Shown: piece after piece, positions 28,282 to 37,309 of the stretch
Layout of the letters: every line of letters starts with the position of its first letter
How positions within the stretch are numbered: the first letter of the stretch is position 1
NCBI GenBank assembly: GCA_046483505.1
Contig: JAWODB010000309.1
Span: 1-63,645, forward strand
Length of the DNA stretch: 63,645 nt
DNA from: Phycisphaerae bacterium
GTDB taxonomy: Bacteria; Planctomycetota; Phycisphaerae; FEN-1346
Reading direction: 5' to 3'
Program-made: the position numbers and the translations under genes
Notes under the pieces: model-generated
The model's input: the letters and a program-made list of their open reading frames with translations, nothing else
Told to the model about the DNA's origin: nothing
Database searches by the model: none

Positions 28282-28306
28282 CACCCCCCGCCGGGTGCCC
28301 TAGCAT
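28278..28306 (+). promoter_or_regulatory. Putative sigma70 promoter
   Basis: TTGACA-17 nt-TAGCAT. Confidence 0.6.
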
Positions 28307-28440
28307 GGGCGATTCGACACGGGCACCTCGACGGGATCGTAAGATTGACGTGTTTCAAATAGTGGTCTACATGAGCACCGCTTTGCCCTGATCTCGGCGG
28401 CGGTGACGGGCAAGATCGACGTGCTCGGAGAAGTGGGCGG

Positions 28441-29604
28441 ATGAACAGAGTTACCGTCAGCACGGATGTTCTGCACTGGGCGGTCCACCGTTCGGGGCGG
28501 TCGCTGGACTCCCTCGCATCCCGACCCCAACTCCGGAGAGTTGAAGAGTGGGTGGCGGGTGAGACACGCCCCACGCTGCGCCAGTTGGAGAACCTGGCCA
28601 AGGCGACGGCGACGCCGTTCGGCTTTTTCTTCCTCGAAGAACCGCCCAAAGAGCGCCTGCCGGTTCCGTACTTCCGGACGCTCCGCAGCGACTCTCCGGA
28701 GGAACCCAGCCCGGACCTTCTTGAAACCATCCAGACGATGCAGCAGCGGCAGGCGTGGATGCGCGAGTTTCTGATCGAGGAAGGCCAAGAGCGCCTCCCC
28801 TTCGTCGCCGCGGCGCGGGCTGAAGAGGAGCGCCCGGCCGTCGCCGAACGCATGCGCAGGGCGCTGGGCGTTGGGCCGGACTGGGCTTCGAACCATCGGA
28901 CGTGGAGCGACGCGCTGCGCGCCCTGCGCGAGACAATCGATGAGGCAGGAATCCTCGTAGCCGTCAACGGCGTTGTGGGCAACAACACCCATCGGAAACT
29001 GGACCCGCACGAGTTCCGCGGTTTTGTGCTGGTGGACGAGTATGCGCCGCTTCTCTTCGTCAACGGGGCGGATGGCAAAGCGGCGCAGATGTTCACGCTC
29101 GCCCACGAACTGGCCCATGTGTTTTTCGGGAGCAGCGCGGCCTTTGACCTTCGCCAACTCATGCCCGCTGAGGACGACACGGAGCGGGTCTGTAACCAGG
29201 TGGCAGCCGAGTTCCTTGTTCCTGAACGGCTGATGCGCCAGGTGTGGCCGTCCGTTTCCGATGGCCCGGAGCCCTTCCAGCAGATGGCGAGTCGGTTCAA
29301 GGTTAGCGAGATCGTGGTGGCTCGCCGGGCCCTGGACCTGGGCTTGATTCGCAGAAACGAGTTCTTCGCCTTTTACGAGTCCTACCGGAGCGCCGAGAGG
29401 CGTACGACATCGCAACAGCCCTCCGGCGGAGACTTCTACGCAACGCAGAATCTACGCATCGGCCACCGATTTGCCAGGACCGTGGTCCGGGCGGCCAAGG
29501 CGGATCGGCTACTTTATTCCGAGGCTTACCGGCTGACGGGACTTTGGGGCAAGACTTTTGACGCCTACGCCGCTTCGCTCGGAATGGAGGGGCCGCGGCG
29601 ATGA
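28441..29604 (+). CDS. Xre-HTH + ImmA/IrrE-family metallopeptidase
   Basis: N-terminal W..GETRPTLRQLENLAK HTH; FTLAHELAH (HExxH); ERVCNQVAAEFLVP. Confidence 0.9.
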   Translation: MNRVTVSTDVLHWAVHRSGRSLDSLASRPQLRRVEEWVAGETRPTLRQLENLAKATATPFGFFFLEEPPKERLPVPYFRTLRSDSPEEPSPDLLETIQTMQQRQAWMREFLIEEGQERLPFVAAARAEEERPAVAERMRRALGVGPDWASNHRTWSDALRALRETIDEAGILVAVNGVVGNNTHRKLDPHEFRGFVLVDEYAPLLFVNGADGKAAQMFTLAHELAHVFFGSSAAFDLRQLMPAEDDTERVCNQVAAEFLVPERLMRQVWPSVSDGPEPFQQMASRFKVSEIVVARRALDLGLIRRNEFFAFYESYRSAERRTTSQQPSGGDFYATQNLRIGHRFARTVVRAAKADRLLYSEAYRLTGLWGKTFDAYAASLGMEGPRR

Positions 29605-30098
29605 ACGGCGGCAGGTACGTCCTGGATGCCAGCGTCTTCATCGAGGCGGCCCGTCGGTACTACGCTTTCGATTTCGCTCCCCGGTTCTGGGAAAGCCTCG
29701 TCGAGCAGGCCAAGGCTGGGCGTGTGATGAGCATCGACCGCGTGCAGGATGAACTTGAGCGAGGAAACGACGAACTCGCGATGTGGGCCAACGGGCGCTT
29801 CGGCAGTGCGTTCATGGCAACGGACGACTCGCAGGTCATTGATCGCTACCGGGAGTTGATGGAGTGGGTGCAATCACAAGACCAGTTTTCAGACGCGGCA
29901 AAAGCCGATTTCGCATCCAAGGCCGATGGATGGCTTGTGGCCTATGCAAGGGTGAACGGTTGTATGGTGGTAACCCAGGAGGTTATCAACCCCGACGTGA
30001 AGCGTAAAGTCCCGATCCCAAACCTTTGTGAGGCGTTTGATGTGCCTTGGATCGATACGTTTGCCATGCTGCGCAACCTGGGGATACGGTTTGCCTAA
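29601..30098 (+). CDS. DUF4411-family PIN-like protein
   Basis: YVLDASVFIEA, YYAFDFAPRFW, ADGWLVAYA, VVTQE, KVPIPNLC; ATGA overlap with the upstream gene. Confidence 0.85.
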   Translation: MNGGRYVLDASVFIEAARRYYAFDFAPRFWESLVEQAKAGRVMSIDRVQDELERGNDELAMWANGRFGSAFMATDDSQVIDRYRELMEWVQSQDQFSDAAKADFASKADGWLVAYARVNGCMVVTQEVINPDVKRKVPIPNLCEAFDVPWIDTFAMLRNLGIRFA

Positions 30099-30273
30099 AC
30101 CCAAACCCTAACTGGCACAACGTCACTCCGGGGGCATGTAGCGCAATGTAAGGGAATGTGTACTGGCACGGTGCGGATTCGCATCCCGGCCGGATAAGCC
30201 CACCGGGCCACACAAGGGCGGTCGCTTACGCAAGCCGTCCGGCGTAACGCAAACCATGATTGTGGAGGAACGT

Positions 30274-31368
30274 ATGGCTCACGACGTCACCCTCGTCACC
30301 GGCGACGGCGTCGGGCCGTCGCTGGCGGCCGTCACGCGCGACGTGGTCGACGCCACCGGTGTCGCCATCCACTGGGACGAGCAGGAGGCGGGCACCGACT
30401 GCCTCGAGCGGTACGGCACCCCCCTGCCCGAACCGCTCATGGAGAGCATCCGCCGGACGGGCGTGGCCCTGAAGGCCCCCGTCACCACGCCCGTCGGCAA
30501 GGGGTTCCGCAGCGTCAACGTGCACCTGCGGCAGACGTTCAACCTGTACGCGTGCCTGAGGCCGTGCAAGTCGTACCCCGGCGTGCGGTCGCGGTACGAG
30601 AACATCGACCTCATCGTCGTCCGCGAGAACACCGAGGACCTGTACGCCGGCGTGGAGTTCCCCAAGGGTGACCAGGCCACGCGCACACTCATCCGCACCA
30701 TCAACGATCTCTCGACGGACAAGAAGGTCGTGACGGGCGAGGACACCACCGGCATCAGCATCAAGCCCATCAGCGTGGAAGGGACCGAGCGGGTCCATCA
30801 CTTCGCCTTCCGCTACGCGCGCGAACACGGGCGGAAGAAGGTCACCACGGTCCACAAGGCCAATATCATGAAGCATTCCGACGGCCTGTGGCTGGACGTG
30901 GCCCGCAGCGTGGCCGAGGCGTACGACGACATCGAGTTCGAGGACCGCATCGTCGATAATATGTGCATGCAACTCGTCCAGAAGCCCGAACTGTATGACG
31001 TGCTCGTCCTGCCGAACCTGTACGGCGACATCGTCAGCGACCTGTGCGCGGGCCTGGCGGGCGGCCTGGGCGTGGCGCCGGGGGCGAACATCGGCGACGA
31101 GATGGCCGTCTTCGAGGCCACCCACGGCTCCGCCCCGAAATACAAGGGACTGAACAAGGTGAACCCGACGGCCCTGATCCTGTCGGGGATGCTGATGCTC
31201 GACCACCTGGGCGAGAAGGACGCCGCCCGGCGCCTCGAGGCGGCCGTCGCCGCCGTCATCGCCGAGGGCAAGGACGTCACCTACGACATGAAGCCGAACC
31301 GCGACGACCCGACGGCCGTCGGCACCCGCGAAATGGGCCAGGCGATTATCGAGAAGATGCAGGCGTAG
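30274..31368 (+). CDS. Isocitrate/isopropylmalate dehydrogenase family (probable isocitrate dehydrogenase)
   Basis: [52 protein letters not shown]. Confidence 0.92.
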   Translation: MAHDVTLVTGDGVGPSLAAVTRDVVDATGVAIHWDEQEAGTDCLERYGTPLPEPLMESIRRTGVALKAPVTTPVGKGFRSVNVHLRQTFNLYACLRPCKSYPGVRSRYENIDLIVVRENTEDLYAGVEFPKGDQATRTLIRTINDLSTDKKVVTGEDTTGISIKPISVEGTERVHHFAFRYAREHGRKKVTTVHKANIMKHSDGLWLDVARSVAEAYDDIEFEDRIVDNMCMQLVQKPELYDVLVLPNLYGDIVSDLCAGLAGGLGVAPGANIGDEMAVFEATHGSAPKYKGLNKVNPTALILSGMLMLDHLGEKDAARRLEAAVAAVIAEGKDVTYDMKPNRDDPTAVGTREMGQAIIEKMQA

Positions 31369-31390
31369 ATTGCCGGCCGGCCCAACCGGA

Positions 31391-31510
31391 TGTCATTCTG
31401 AGGAGGCCGTAAGGCCGACGAAGAATCTCGCCGCGGTCGTCGCCGTTTTGCCGCTGGCACGGCGAGACCCTTGGCCCGCCTTCGGCGGATGAACTTCGCT
31501 CAGGGTGACA
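31391..31510. repeat. Family A palindrome with a nested CCCGCCTTCGGCGGATGAAC unit
   Basis: TGTCATTCTGAGGAGGCC...GACGAAGAATCTC...GAGACCCTT[insert]TCGCTCAGGGTGACA. Confidence 0.8.
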
Positions 31511-31556
31511 ACGTAAGAGGCCGGTGGCACCCCGCCCTCGCGTCGGAACGACGGGC

Positions 31557-32714
31557 ATGGACTCGCGTCCCTCCAACCGGGCTTCCGACGTGCCGCGCGG
31601 CGCGCCGTCCCGCTGGCGGGCCGTCGTCTCCGGCCAGGCGGCCGGCCTCGGCCCGGCGCTGGCCCGGGCGGGGCTGGCGGTCCTGGCGGGCGGCTACCGC
31701 GCCGGCCTCGCCGCCGCCAACCTTGCCCGCCGGCTGGGCGGCACCCCCCGCCGCGCCCCCTGCCCCGTCATCAGCGTCGGCAACCTGACCGTGGGTGGGA
31801 CAGGCAAGACGCCGATGGTCGCGTATCTTGCGACGCTCCTCGCGGCCGAAGGGTACCGCCCGCTCATCGCGAGCCGCGGCTACGGGGCCGAGGGGGGTGC
31901 CGCGAACGAGGAGGCGGCCGAACTCGCCCTCCGCTGCCCCCAGGTCCCACACGTTCAGGACCCCGACCGCCTGCGGGCTATCCGCGACGCCGCCGCTTCC
32001 GGTGAGGCGTTTGACGTCGCCATCCTCGACGACGGCTTCCAGCACCGCCGCCTCGCCCGCGACCTGGACATCATCCTGCTCGACGCCCTGTGCCCGTTCG
32101 GCCACGGTCACCTCCTGCCGCGCGGTCTCCTGCGCGAGCCGCCGACGGCCCTGCACCGGGCCGACGTGGTCGTCGTCACGCGGGCGGACCTCGTGGACCC
32201 GGCCGCCCTGGCCGATATCAAGGCCGCCGCGGGCCACTATGCCGCCCCCGGCACGCCCGTCCTGACGGCCGAGCATCGGCCCGCGGGCGTCGTCTTCGCG
32301 GACGGTTCCCGCGCCCCGGCCGACTGGCTCGACGGCCGGACCGTCGCGGCCGCGTGCGGCATCGGGAACCCGGAGGCGTTCCGGCGGACGCTCGAGCGGC
32401 TGGGCGCGCCCGTCGCCCGGTTCGACGCCTTCCGCGACCATCACGCCTACACCGCCGACGAGGTGTCGCACCTCCGCGCCGCCGCCCGCGACGCAGGCGC
32501 GGCCGCGCTTGTCACCACGGCCAAGGATTTTGTAAAATGGCGTCCGCTGCTCGCCGATGAAGCGGCGGGAGAGGCAACTCGCGAGAGCCGCGCGGCCGCT
32601 GCCGTCCGCATCGCCGCCCTGGAGGTGGCCATGCACCTGGTCGACGGCGAGGACGTCCTCCGCCGCCGCGTCCTGGACGTGCTGCCCGAACCCCGACCCG
32701 GGGGAGACCGCTGA
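31557..32714 (+). CDS. lpxK: Tetraacyldisaccharide 4'-kinase
   Basis: VISVGNLTVGGTGKTP, SRGYG, LDDGFQH, LLPRGLLRE, GIGNP, DHH, TTAKD. Confidence 0.95.
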   Translation: MDSRPSNRASDVPRGAPSRWRAVVSGQAAGLGPALARAGLAVLAGGYRAGLAAANLARRLGGTPRRAPCPVISVGNLTVGGTGKTPMVAYLATLLAAEGYRPLIASRGYGAEGGAANEEAAELALRCPQVPHVQDPDRLRAIRDAAASGEAFDVAILDDGFQHRRLARDLDIILLDALCPFGHGHLLPRGLLREPPTALHRADVVVVTRADLVDPAALADIKAAAGHYAAPGTPVLTAEHRPAGVVFADGSRAPADWLDGRTVAAACGIGNPEAFRRTLERLGAPVARFDAFRDHHAYTADEVSHLRAAARDAGAAALVTTAKDFVKWRPLLADEAAGEATRESRAAAAVRIAALEVAMHLVDGEDVLRRRVLDVLPEPRPGGDR

Positions 32715-33664
32715 TGCGTCAGCCCAAGCCGTACCCGCCCATCGACCTGGCGCGGCTGGAGACGTTTCCGATTAGCGAGCGGACGCACAAGGTGCGCCTG
32801 GCGGACCTGGCCCGTCCCGCCGGGGCGGACGCCACGCTCGGCGAGTTCGTCGCGTCCCTGCCCACCACGCCCGTGACGGACGGCCTGCGCGCCCTGGCCG
32901 CGGCCGTCGCCGACGCCGTCCGGGCCGACGCGCCGGTCGTGGCGGCGTTCGGCGGCCACGTGGTCAAGTGCGGCCTGGGGCCGATCCTGATCGACCTGAT
33001 GGAGCGTGGCATCGTGACGGCCGTCGCCACCCACGGCGCCGGCGCCATCCACGACGTGGAACTGGCGTTCCACGGCGAGACGAGCGAGGACCCCGCCCAG
33101 ACGATGCGCGACGGCCGCTTCGGCATGGTCCATGAGACGCCCGGTTACCTGAACGATGCGGCCCGCCTCGGGCGGCACCGCGGCCTCGGCCAGGCCGTCG
33201 GCGACCTGATGAACGAGGACCCGCAGGAGTTTCCGCACGCCGACCGCAGCGTCCTCGCCGCCGCCGCCCGCCTCGGCTGTACGGCGACCGTGCACGTCGC
33301 CATCGGGACGGACACCGTCCACATGCACCCGGAGGCGGCGGGGGCGGACATCGGCGAGGCCACCCTCATCGATTTCCGCAAACTCTGCGCCGTGGTGGCC
33401 GACATGGCCCGAGGCGTGTGGCTCAACCTCGGCTCCGCCGTCGTCCTGCCGGAGGTCTTCATGAAGGCGTACACGGTGGCGGCCAACCTCGGGGCGTCGC
33501 TCGACGGGATGACGACGGCGAACCTCGACCAGATTCAGCACTACCGGCCGCGGCAGAATGTCCTGTGCCGCCCGACGGAGCGCGGCGTGGCCCTGACCGG
33601 CCATCACGAGATCATGGTGCCGCTGCTCCGGCACCTCGTGCTGACGGAACTGGAGACGGAGTAG
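32714..33664 (+). CDS. Conserved hypothetical protein, possible deoxyhypusine-synthase-like fold
   Basis: GGHVVKCGL, HVAIGTDTVHMHP, NLGSAVVLPEVFMKA, TGHHEIM; translationally coupled to lpxK. Confidence 0.6.
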   Translation: MRQPKPYPPIDLARLETFPISERTHKVRLADLARPAGADATLGEFVASLPTTPVTDGLRALAAAVADAVRADAPVVAAFGGHVVKCGLGPILIDLMERGIVTAVATHGAGAIHDVELAFHGETSEDPAQTMRDGRFGMVHETPGYLNDAARLGRHRGLGQAVGDLMNEDPQEFPHADRSVLAAAARLGCTATVHVAIGTDTVHMHPEAAGADIGEATLIDFRKLCAVVADMARGVWLNLGSAVVLPEVFMKAYTVAANLGASLDGMTTANLDQIQHYRPRQNVLCRPTERGVALTGHHEIMVPLLRHLVLTELETE

Positions 33665-33675
33665 CAAAGGAGTCT

Positions 33676-33876
33676 TGCGCGGCGGGTCTCCGCACCCGCC
33701 GCGTGAATGTCATTCCGAGCGAGCGCAGCGAGTCGAGGAATCTCGCTGTTGGGCCGAGCAGCGGGGACGGTTGCCTGCTTGAACCCAACGACGAGATTCC
33801 TCCGCTCGGCCCTGCGGGCCTCGGTCGGAATGACATACGTAACGCACGCGCGGCGGGTACGGAGACCCGCCGCGCA
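33676..33876. repeat. Inverted pair of family B hairpins enclosing a family A palindrome (33707-33836)
   Basis: TGCGCGGCGGGTCTCCGCACCCGCCGCG...ATGTCATTCCGAG...GGAATGACAT...CGCGGCGGGTACGGAGACCCGCCGCGCA. Confidence 0.85.
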
Positions 33877-33893
33877 CAACCGCGAGGCGACAC

Positions 33894-35423
33894 GTGTACC
33901 GCGAACTCATCAAGATGGTCGAAGGCCTCGGCCGGCCGCGCATCCTCGTCGTCGGCGACCTCATCCTCGACCGGTACGTCTTCGGCGACGCCGAGCGGAT
34001 CAGCCCGGAGGCGCCGATCCAGGTCCTCCGCGTCGACTACGAGGAGACCCGCCTCGGCGGCGCGGGGGCCGTCGTCAACAACCTCCGGACCCTCGGGGCC
34101 GACGTGGAGGTCTTCGGCGTCGTCGGCACCGACCCGGACGGCGAGCACGTCCTGGCGGAACTGGGGCGCATCGGCGCCGGCACGGACGAGGTTCTTCGAA
34201 GCCCCGACCGGCCGACCACGCGCAAGACGCGGTTCGTCGGCCGGGCCCAGCACCGCATACCCCAGCAGGTCCTGCGCGTCGACTGGGAACAGCCGGACGA
34301 CCTCTCGGACGCCGACCAGTCCGCCGTCGTCACGGCCTTCGAGCGGAGCCTGACCGGCCACCCGCCCGGCGCCGTCCTGCTGAGCGATTACGGCAAGGGC
34401 GTCCTGACGGCCGGCCTGACCGCCCGGCTCATCGAGGCCGCGGCCGCCGCGGAGCCGGCCGTTCCCGTCATCGTCGACCCCCTGAAATCCGCCGACTACG
34501 GCAAGTACCGCGGGGCCACCGTCCTGACGCCCAACCGCGACGAGGCCCAGACGGCCTCCGGCGTGCCGCTCGCCGGTGACGACGCGTCGGCCCTGGAACG
34601 CGCCGCCGCCGGACTCGTCGGCGACGTCGACCTCGACGCCCTCGTCATCACGCTCGACAAGGCGGGGGCGTACCTGCGGCGGCGCGGGGAGGCGGCGGGC
34701 GCGCTCGTCCCCACGCGGCCGCGGCACGTGTACGACAACGCCGGCGCGGGCGACATGGTCGTCGCCGTCATGGCCCTGGCGCTGGCCGGCGGGACCGACT
34801 TCCGCGAGGCCGTCCAACTCGCGAACGTGGCCGGCGGCCTGGAGGTCGAGAAGTTCGGCGTCCAGCCCGTCACGCGCGAGGAGATGGTCCTGGACCTCCT
34901 CGGCGAGGCCCGCCGCTCCGGCGACAAGGTCCGCTCTACGGACGGTCTGCTCGCCGACCTCAGCCGGCACCGCGCCCGCGGCGAGACGGTCGTCTTCACG
35001 AACGGGTGCTTCGACATCCTGCACGCCGGCCACATCGAGTACCTCGCGTTCGCCAGCCGCCAGGGCGACGTGCTCGTCGTCGGCCTGAACTCCGACCGCA
35101 GCGTCCGGTCCATCAAGGGGCCGGAGCGGCCCGTCTGCCCCCAGGACCAGCGGGCCCGGGTCCTCTCGGCCATCGAGGCCATTGACTACATCGTCCTCTT
35201 CGACGAGGATACCCCCCAGCGCCTCATCGAGGCGGTCCGCCCCGACGTCCTCGTCAAGGGCGAGGACTGGCGCGACAAGGGCGTCGTGGGGCGCGAGTTC
35301 GTCGAGTCGCACGGCGGCCGGGTCGTCCTCGCGCCGCTTGTCGAGGGCCTCAGCACGACGGACCTGGTCAGCCGCATCCGCGAGAACGGTGCGGCCGAGG
35401 GGTCGAAAGGGGACGCGCCATGA
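33894..35423 (+). CDS. hldE: Bifunctional heptose 7-phosphate kinase / heptose 1-phosphate adenylyltransferase
   Basis: VGDLILDRY, RISPEAP, LSDYGKG, TPNRDEA, GAGD; C-terminal TNGCFDILHAGH, LVKGEDW. Confidence 0.95.
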   Translation: MYRELIKMVEGLGRPRILVVGDLILDRYVFGDAERISPEAPIQVLRVDYEETRLGGAGAVVNNLRTLGADVEVFGVVGTDPDGEHVLAELGRIGAGTDEVLRSPDRPTTRKTRFVGRAQHRIPQQVLRVDWEQPDDLSDADQSAVVTAFERSLTGHPPGAVLLSDYGKGVLTAGLTARLIEAAAAAEPAVPVIVDPLKSADYGKYRGATVLTPNRDEAQTASGVPLAGDDASALERAAAGLVGDVDLDALVITLDKAGAYLRRRGEAAGALVPTRPRHVYDNAGAGDMVVAVMALALAGGTDFREAVQLANVAGGLEVEKFGVQPVTREEMVLDLLGEARRSGDKVRSTDGLLADLSRHRARGETVVFTNGCFDILHAGHIEYLAFASRQGDVLVVGLNSDRSVRSIKGPERPVCPQDQRARVLSAIEAIDYIVLFDEDTPQRLIEAVRPDVLVKGEDWRDKGVVGREFVESHGGRVVLAPLVEGLSTTDLVSRIRENGAAEGSKGDAP

Positions 35424-36007
35424 TCGAGTCCATCCGGGCGCACCTGCGCATGGGCTCCGGCCTGTACGCGCAGATGGCGGAGGACCTGGCCGAGCCCGCC
35501 GCCCAGGCCGCCGAGATGCTCATCGGCGCCCTCCGCGCCGGGCACCGCGTGTACGTGTGCGGCGACGGGGGCAGCGCCGGCCAGGCCCAGCACGTCGCCG
35601 GCGAACTCATCGGCCGCTTCCTCAAGGACCGCGGGCCCCTGCCCTGCGTCGCCCTGACCACCGACACGAGCGTCCTGACGGCCGTGGCCAACGACTACGA
35701 GTTCGAGAGCGTCTTCGCCCGCCAGGTGGAGGCCCTCGTCGAAGAGGGCGACGTGCTGTGGGCCCTGTCGACGAGCGGCAACAGCGCGAACGTCCTCAAG
35801 GCCGCCTCCGCCGCCGGCCGGCGCGGCGCCCGCCTGCTCGGCATGACCGGCCGCGACGGCGGCCACCTGAAGGAACTCTGCGACGTCGTCCTGCGGGTGC
35901 CGGCCGACTCCAGCCCGCCCGTCCAGGAGGGCCACCTCGCCCTCATCCACATTCTGTGCGGCCTGGTGGAGCAGGCCCTCTTTGCCGATGGCGAACCCCA
36001 GGCGTAA
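35420..36007 (+). CDS. gmhA: D-sedoheptulose 7-phosphate isomerase
   Basis: SIS fold; GDGGSAGQAQH, LTAVANDY, FARQVEAL, STSGNSANV, QEGH; next to hldE. Confidence 0.88.
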   Translation: MIESIRAHLRMGSGLYAQMAEDLAEPAAQAAEMLIGALRAGHRVYVCGDGGSAGQAQHVAGELIGRFLKDRGPLPCVALTTDTSVLTAVANDYEFESVFARQVEALVEEGDVLWALSTSGNSANVLKAASAAGRRGARLLGMTGRDGGHLKELCDVVLRVPADSSPPVQEGHLALIHILCGLVEQALFADGEPQA

Positions 36008-36016
36008 GGTGACCCC

Positions 36017-37309
36017 GTGTCCGACCCTGCCGTCTTCCTCGACCGCGACGGAACGCTCATCGAAGAGGTCGGCTTCGCCTCGCGGCCGGAGCAGATTCGC
36101 ATCCTGGGCGGCGTGGCCCAGGCCCTTTCGGAACTCGCCGACGCCGGCTACCGGCTCATCGTCGTCACGAACCAGTCGGGCATCGCGCGCGGCTACATGA
36201 CCGAGGAGGACCTGGAACGGTTCCACGACGCCCTGGACCAGCAGTTGCATCTCCTCGGCGCCGCCGTCGACGCCTACTACGCGTGCCCGCACCACCCGCA
36301 GCCCGGGGCCATGGCGCGGCCGGACCTGGCCGTCGAGTGCGACTGCCGCAAGCCCAGGCCCGGCCTCATCCTGCGGGCCGCCGAGGACTTCCGCATCGAC
36401 CTGAAGGCCTCCTGGACCGTCGGCGACACGTGGCGCGACATCGCGGCGGGCCAGGCGGCCGGCACCCGGACCATCAAACTCCCCGCCGACGCGGCCCACC
36501 GGGCGCCGCGGCCCGTCGGCGTGGACCCGCCGACGGCGGAGGTCCGCGGCCTGGCGGAGGCCGCCCGCGTCATCCTCGGCCGCGAGCAGCCCTCGCTCGC
36601 CGAAACGGCCGCCGCGACGACCGAGGACGAGGACGAAGGCCTCGCCGCGGCCGAGGAACCGCCGCCGACACCCGCCGCGCTCGCGGCCGACACCTTCCCG
36701 GACGAAACGCACGCCGCCGATATCGAGGCGCAATCGGATGCCGCCGAGGAAGAGTTGCAAGCAGAAGCGCCCGAGCCGGAACCGATCATCACGGAGGCTG
36801 AGGCCCAGGAGGTAGCCGAGACCGAGGAGGATACGGAACCGGAAACGACCGGCGACACCCTCGCCCCGTCCCTCTCCCGTCAAGGGAGAGGGGGAAACGA
36901 TTCCCCCGCCCCGGCCGCGGAAGATGCAGCCGACGAAACCCACTGCGCCCGCTGCGGCCGCGACATCGCCGCCGCCGACATCGTTCGCGGCGAGGCCGTG
37001 GAGCGCGACGGCTTCCTCCTCTGCCCGGAGTGCCTGGCCGAGCAGCCGCGCGAACCCGGCGCCGGCCCGGACGCCTCCACGGAGGACCTTTTGCGCCTCG
37101 TCCTGGCGGAACTGCAGCGGATGCGGCGTGCCCAGCGGCCGTCCAGCCTCTCGCTGTTCCGGCTCCTGGCCTACATCGTGCAGGCGGGGGCCCTGTTCTT
37201 CGGCTTCGGCCTGGCCGTCGTCGGCGACGAGCCGGACCTGTACCTGCGGGTCGCCCTGCTTCTGCAACTGCTCGTCCTGGCGCTGCTGCTGTTCGAGAGG
37301 CGGTCATGA
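36017..37309 (+). CDS. gmhB: Heptose 1,7-bisphosphate phosphatase with long C-terminal extension (acidic linker, Cys4 motif, two TMs)
   Basis: FLDRDGT, TNQSGIARG, CPHHP, CDCRKPRPG, VGDTWRD; extension contains CARC...CPEC. Confidence 0.88.
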   Translation: MSDPAVFLDRDGTLIEEVGFASRPEQIRILGGVAQALSELADAGYRLIVVTNQSGIARGYMTEEDLERFHDALDQQLHLLGAAVDAYYACPHHPQPGAMARPDLAVECDCRKPRPGLILRAAEDFRIDLKASWTVGDTWRDIAAGQAAGTRTIKLPADAAHRAPRPVGVDPPTAEVRGLAEAARVILGREQPSLAETAAATTEDEDEGLAAAEEPPPTPAALAADTFPDETHAADIEAQSDAAEEELQAEAPEPEPIITEAEAQEVAETEEDTEPETTGDTLAPSLSRQGRGGNDSPAPAAEDAADETHCARCGRDIAAADIVRGEAVERDGFLLCPECLAEQPREPGAGPDASTEDLLRLVLAELQRMRRAQRPSSLSLFRLLAYIVQAGALFFGFGLAVVGDEPDLYLRVALLLQLLVLALLLFERRS

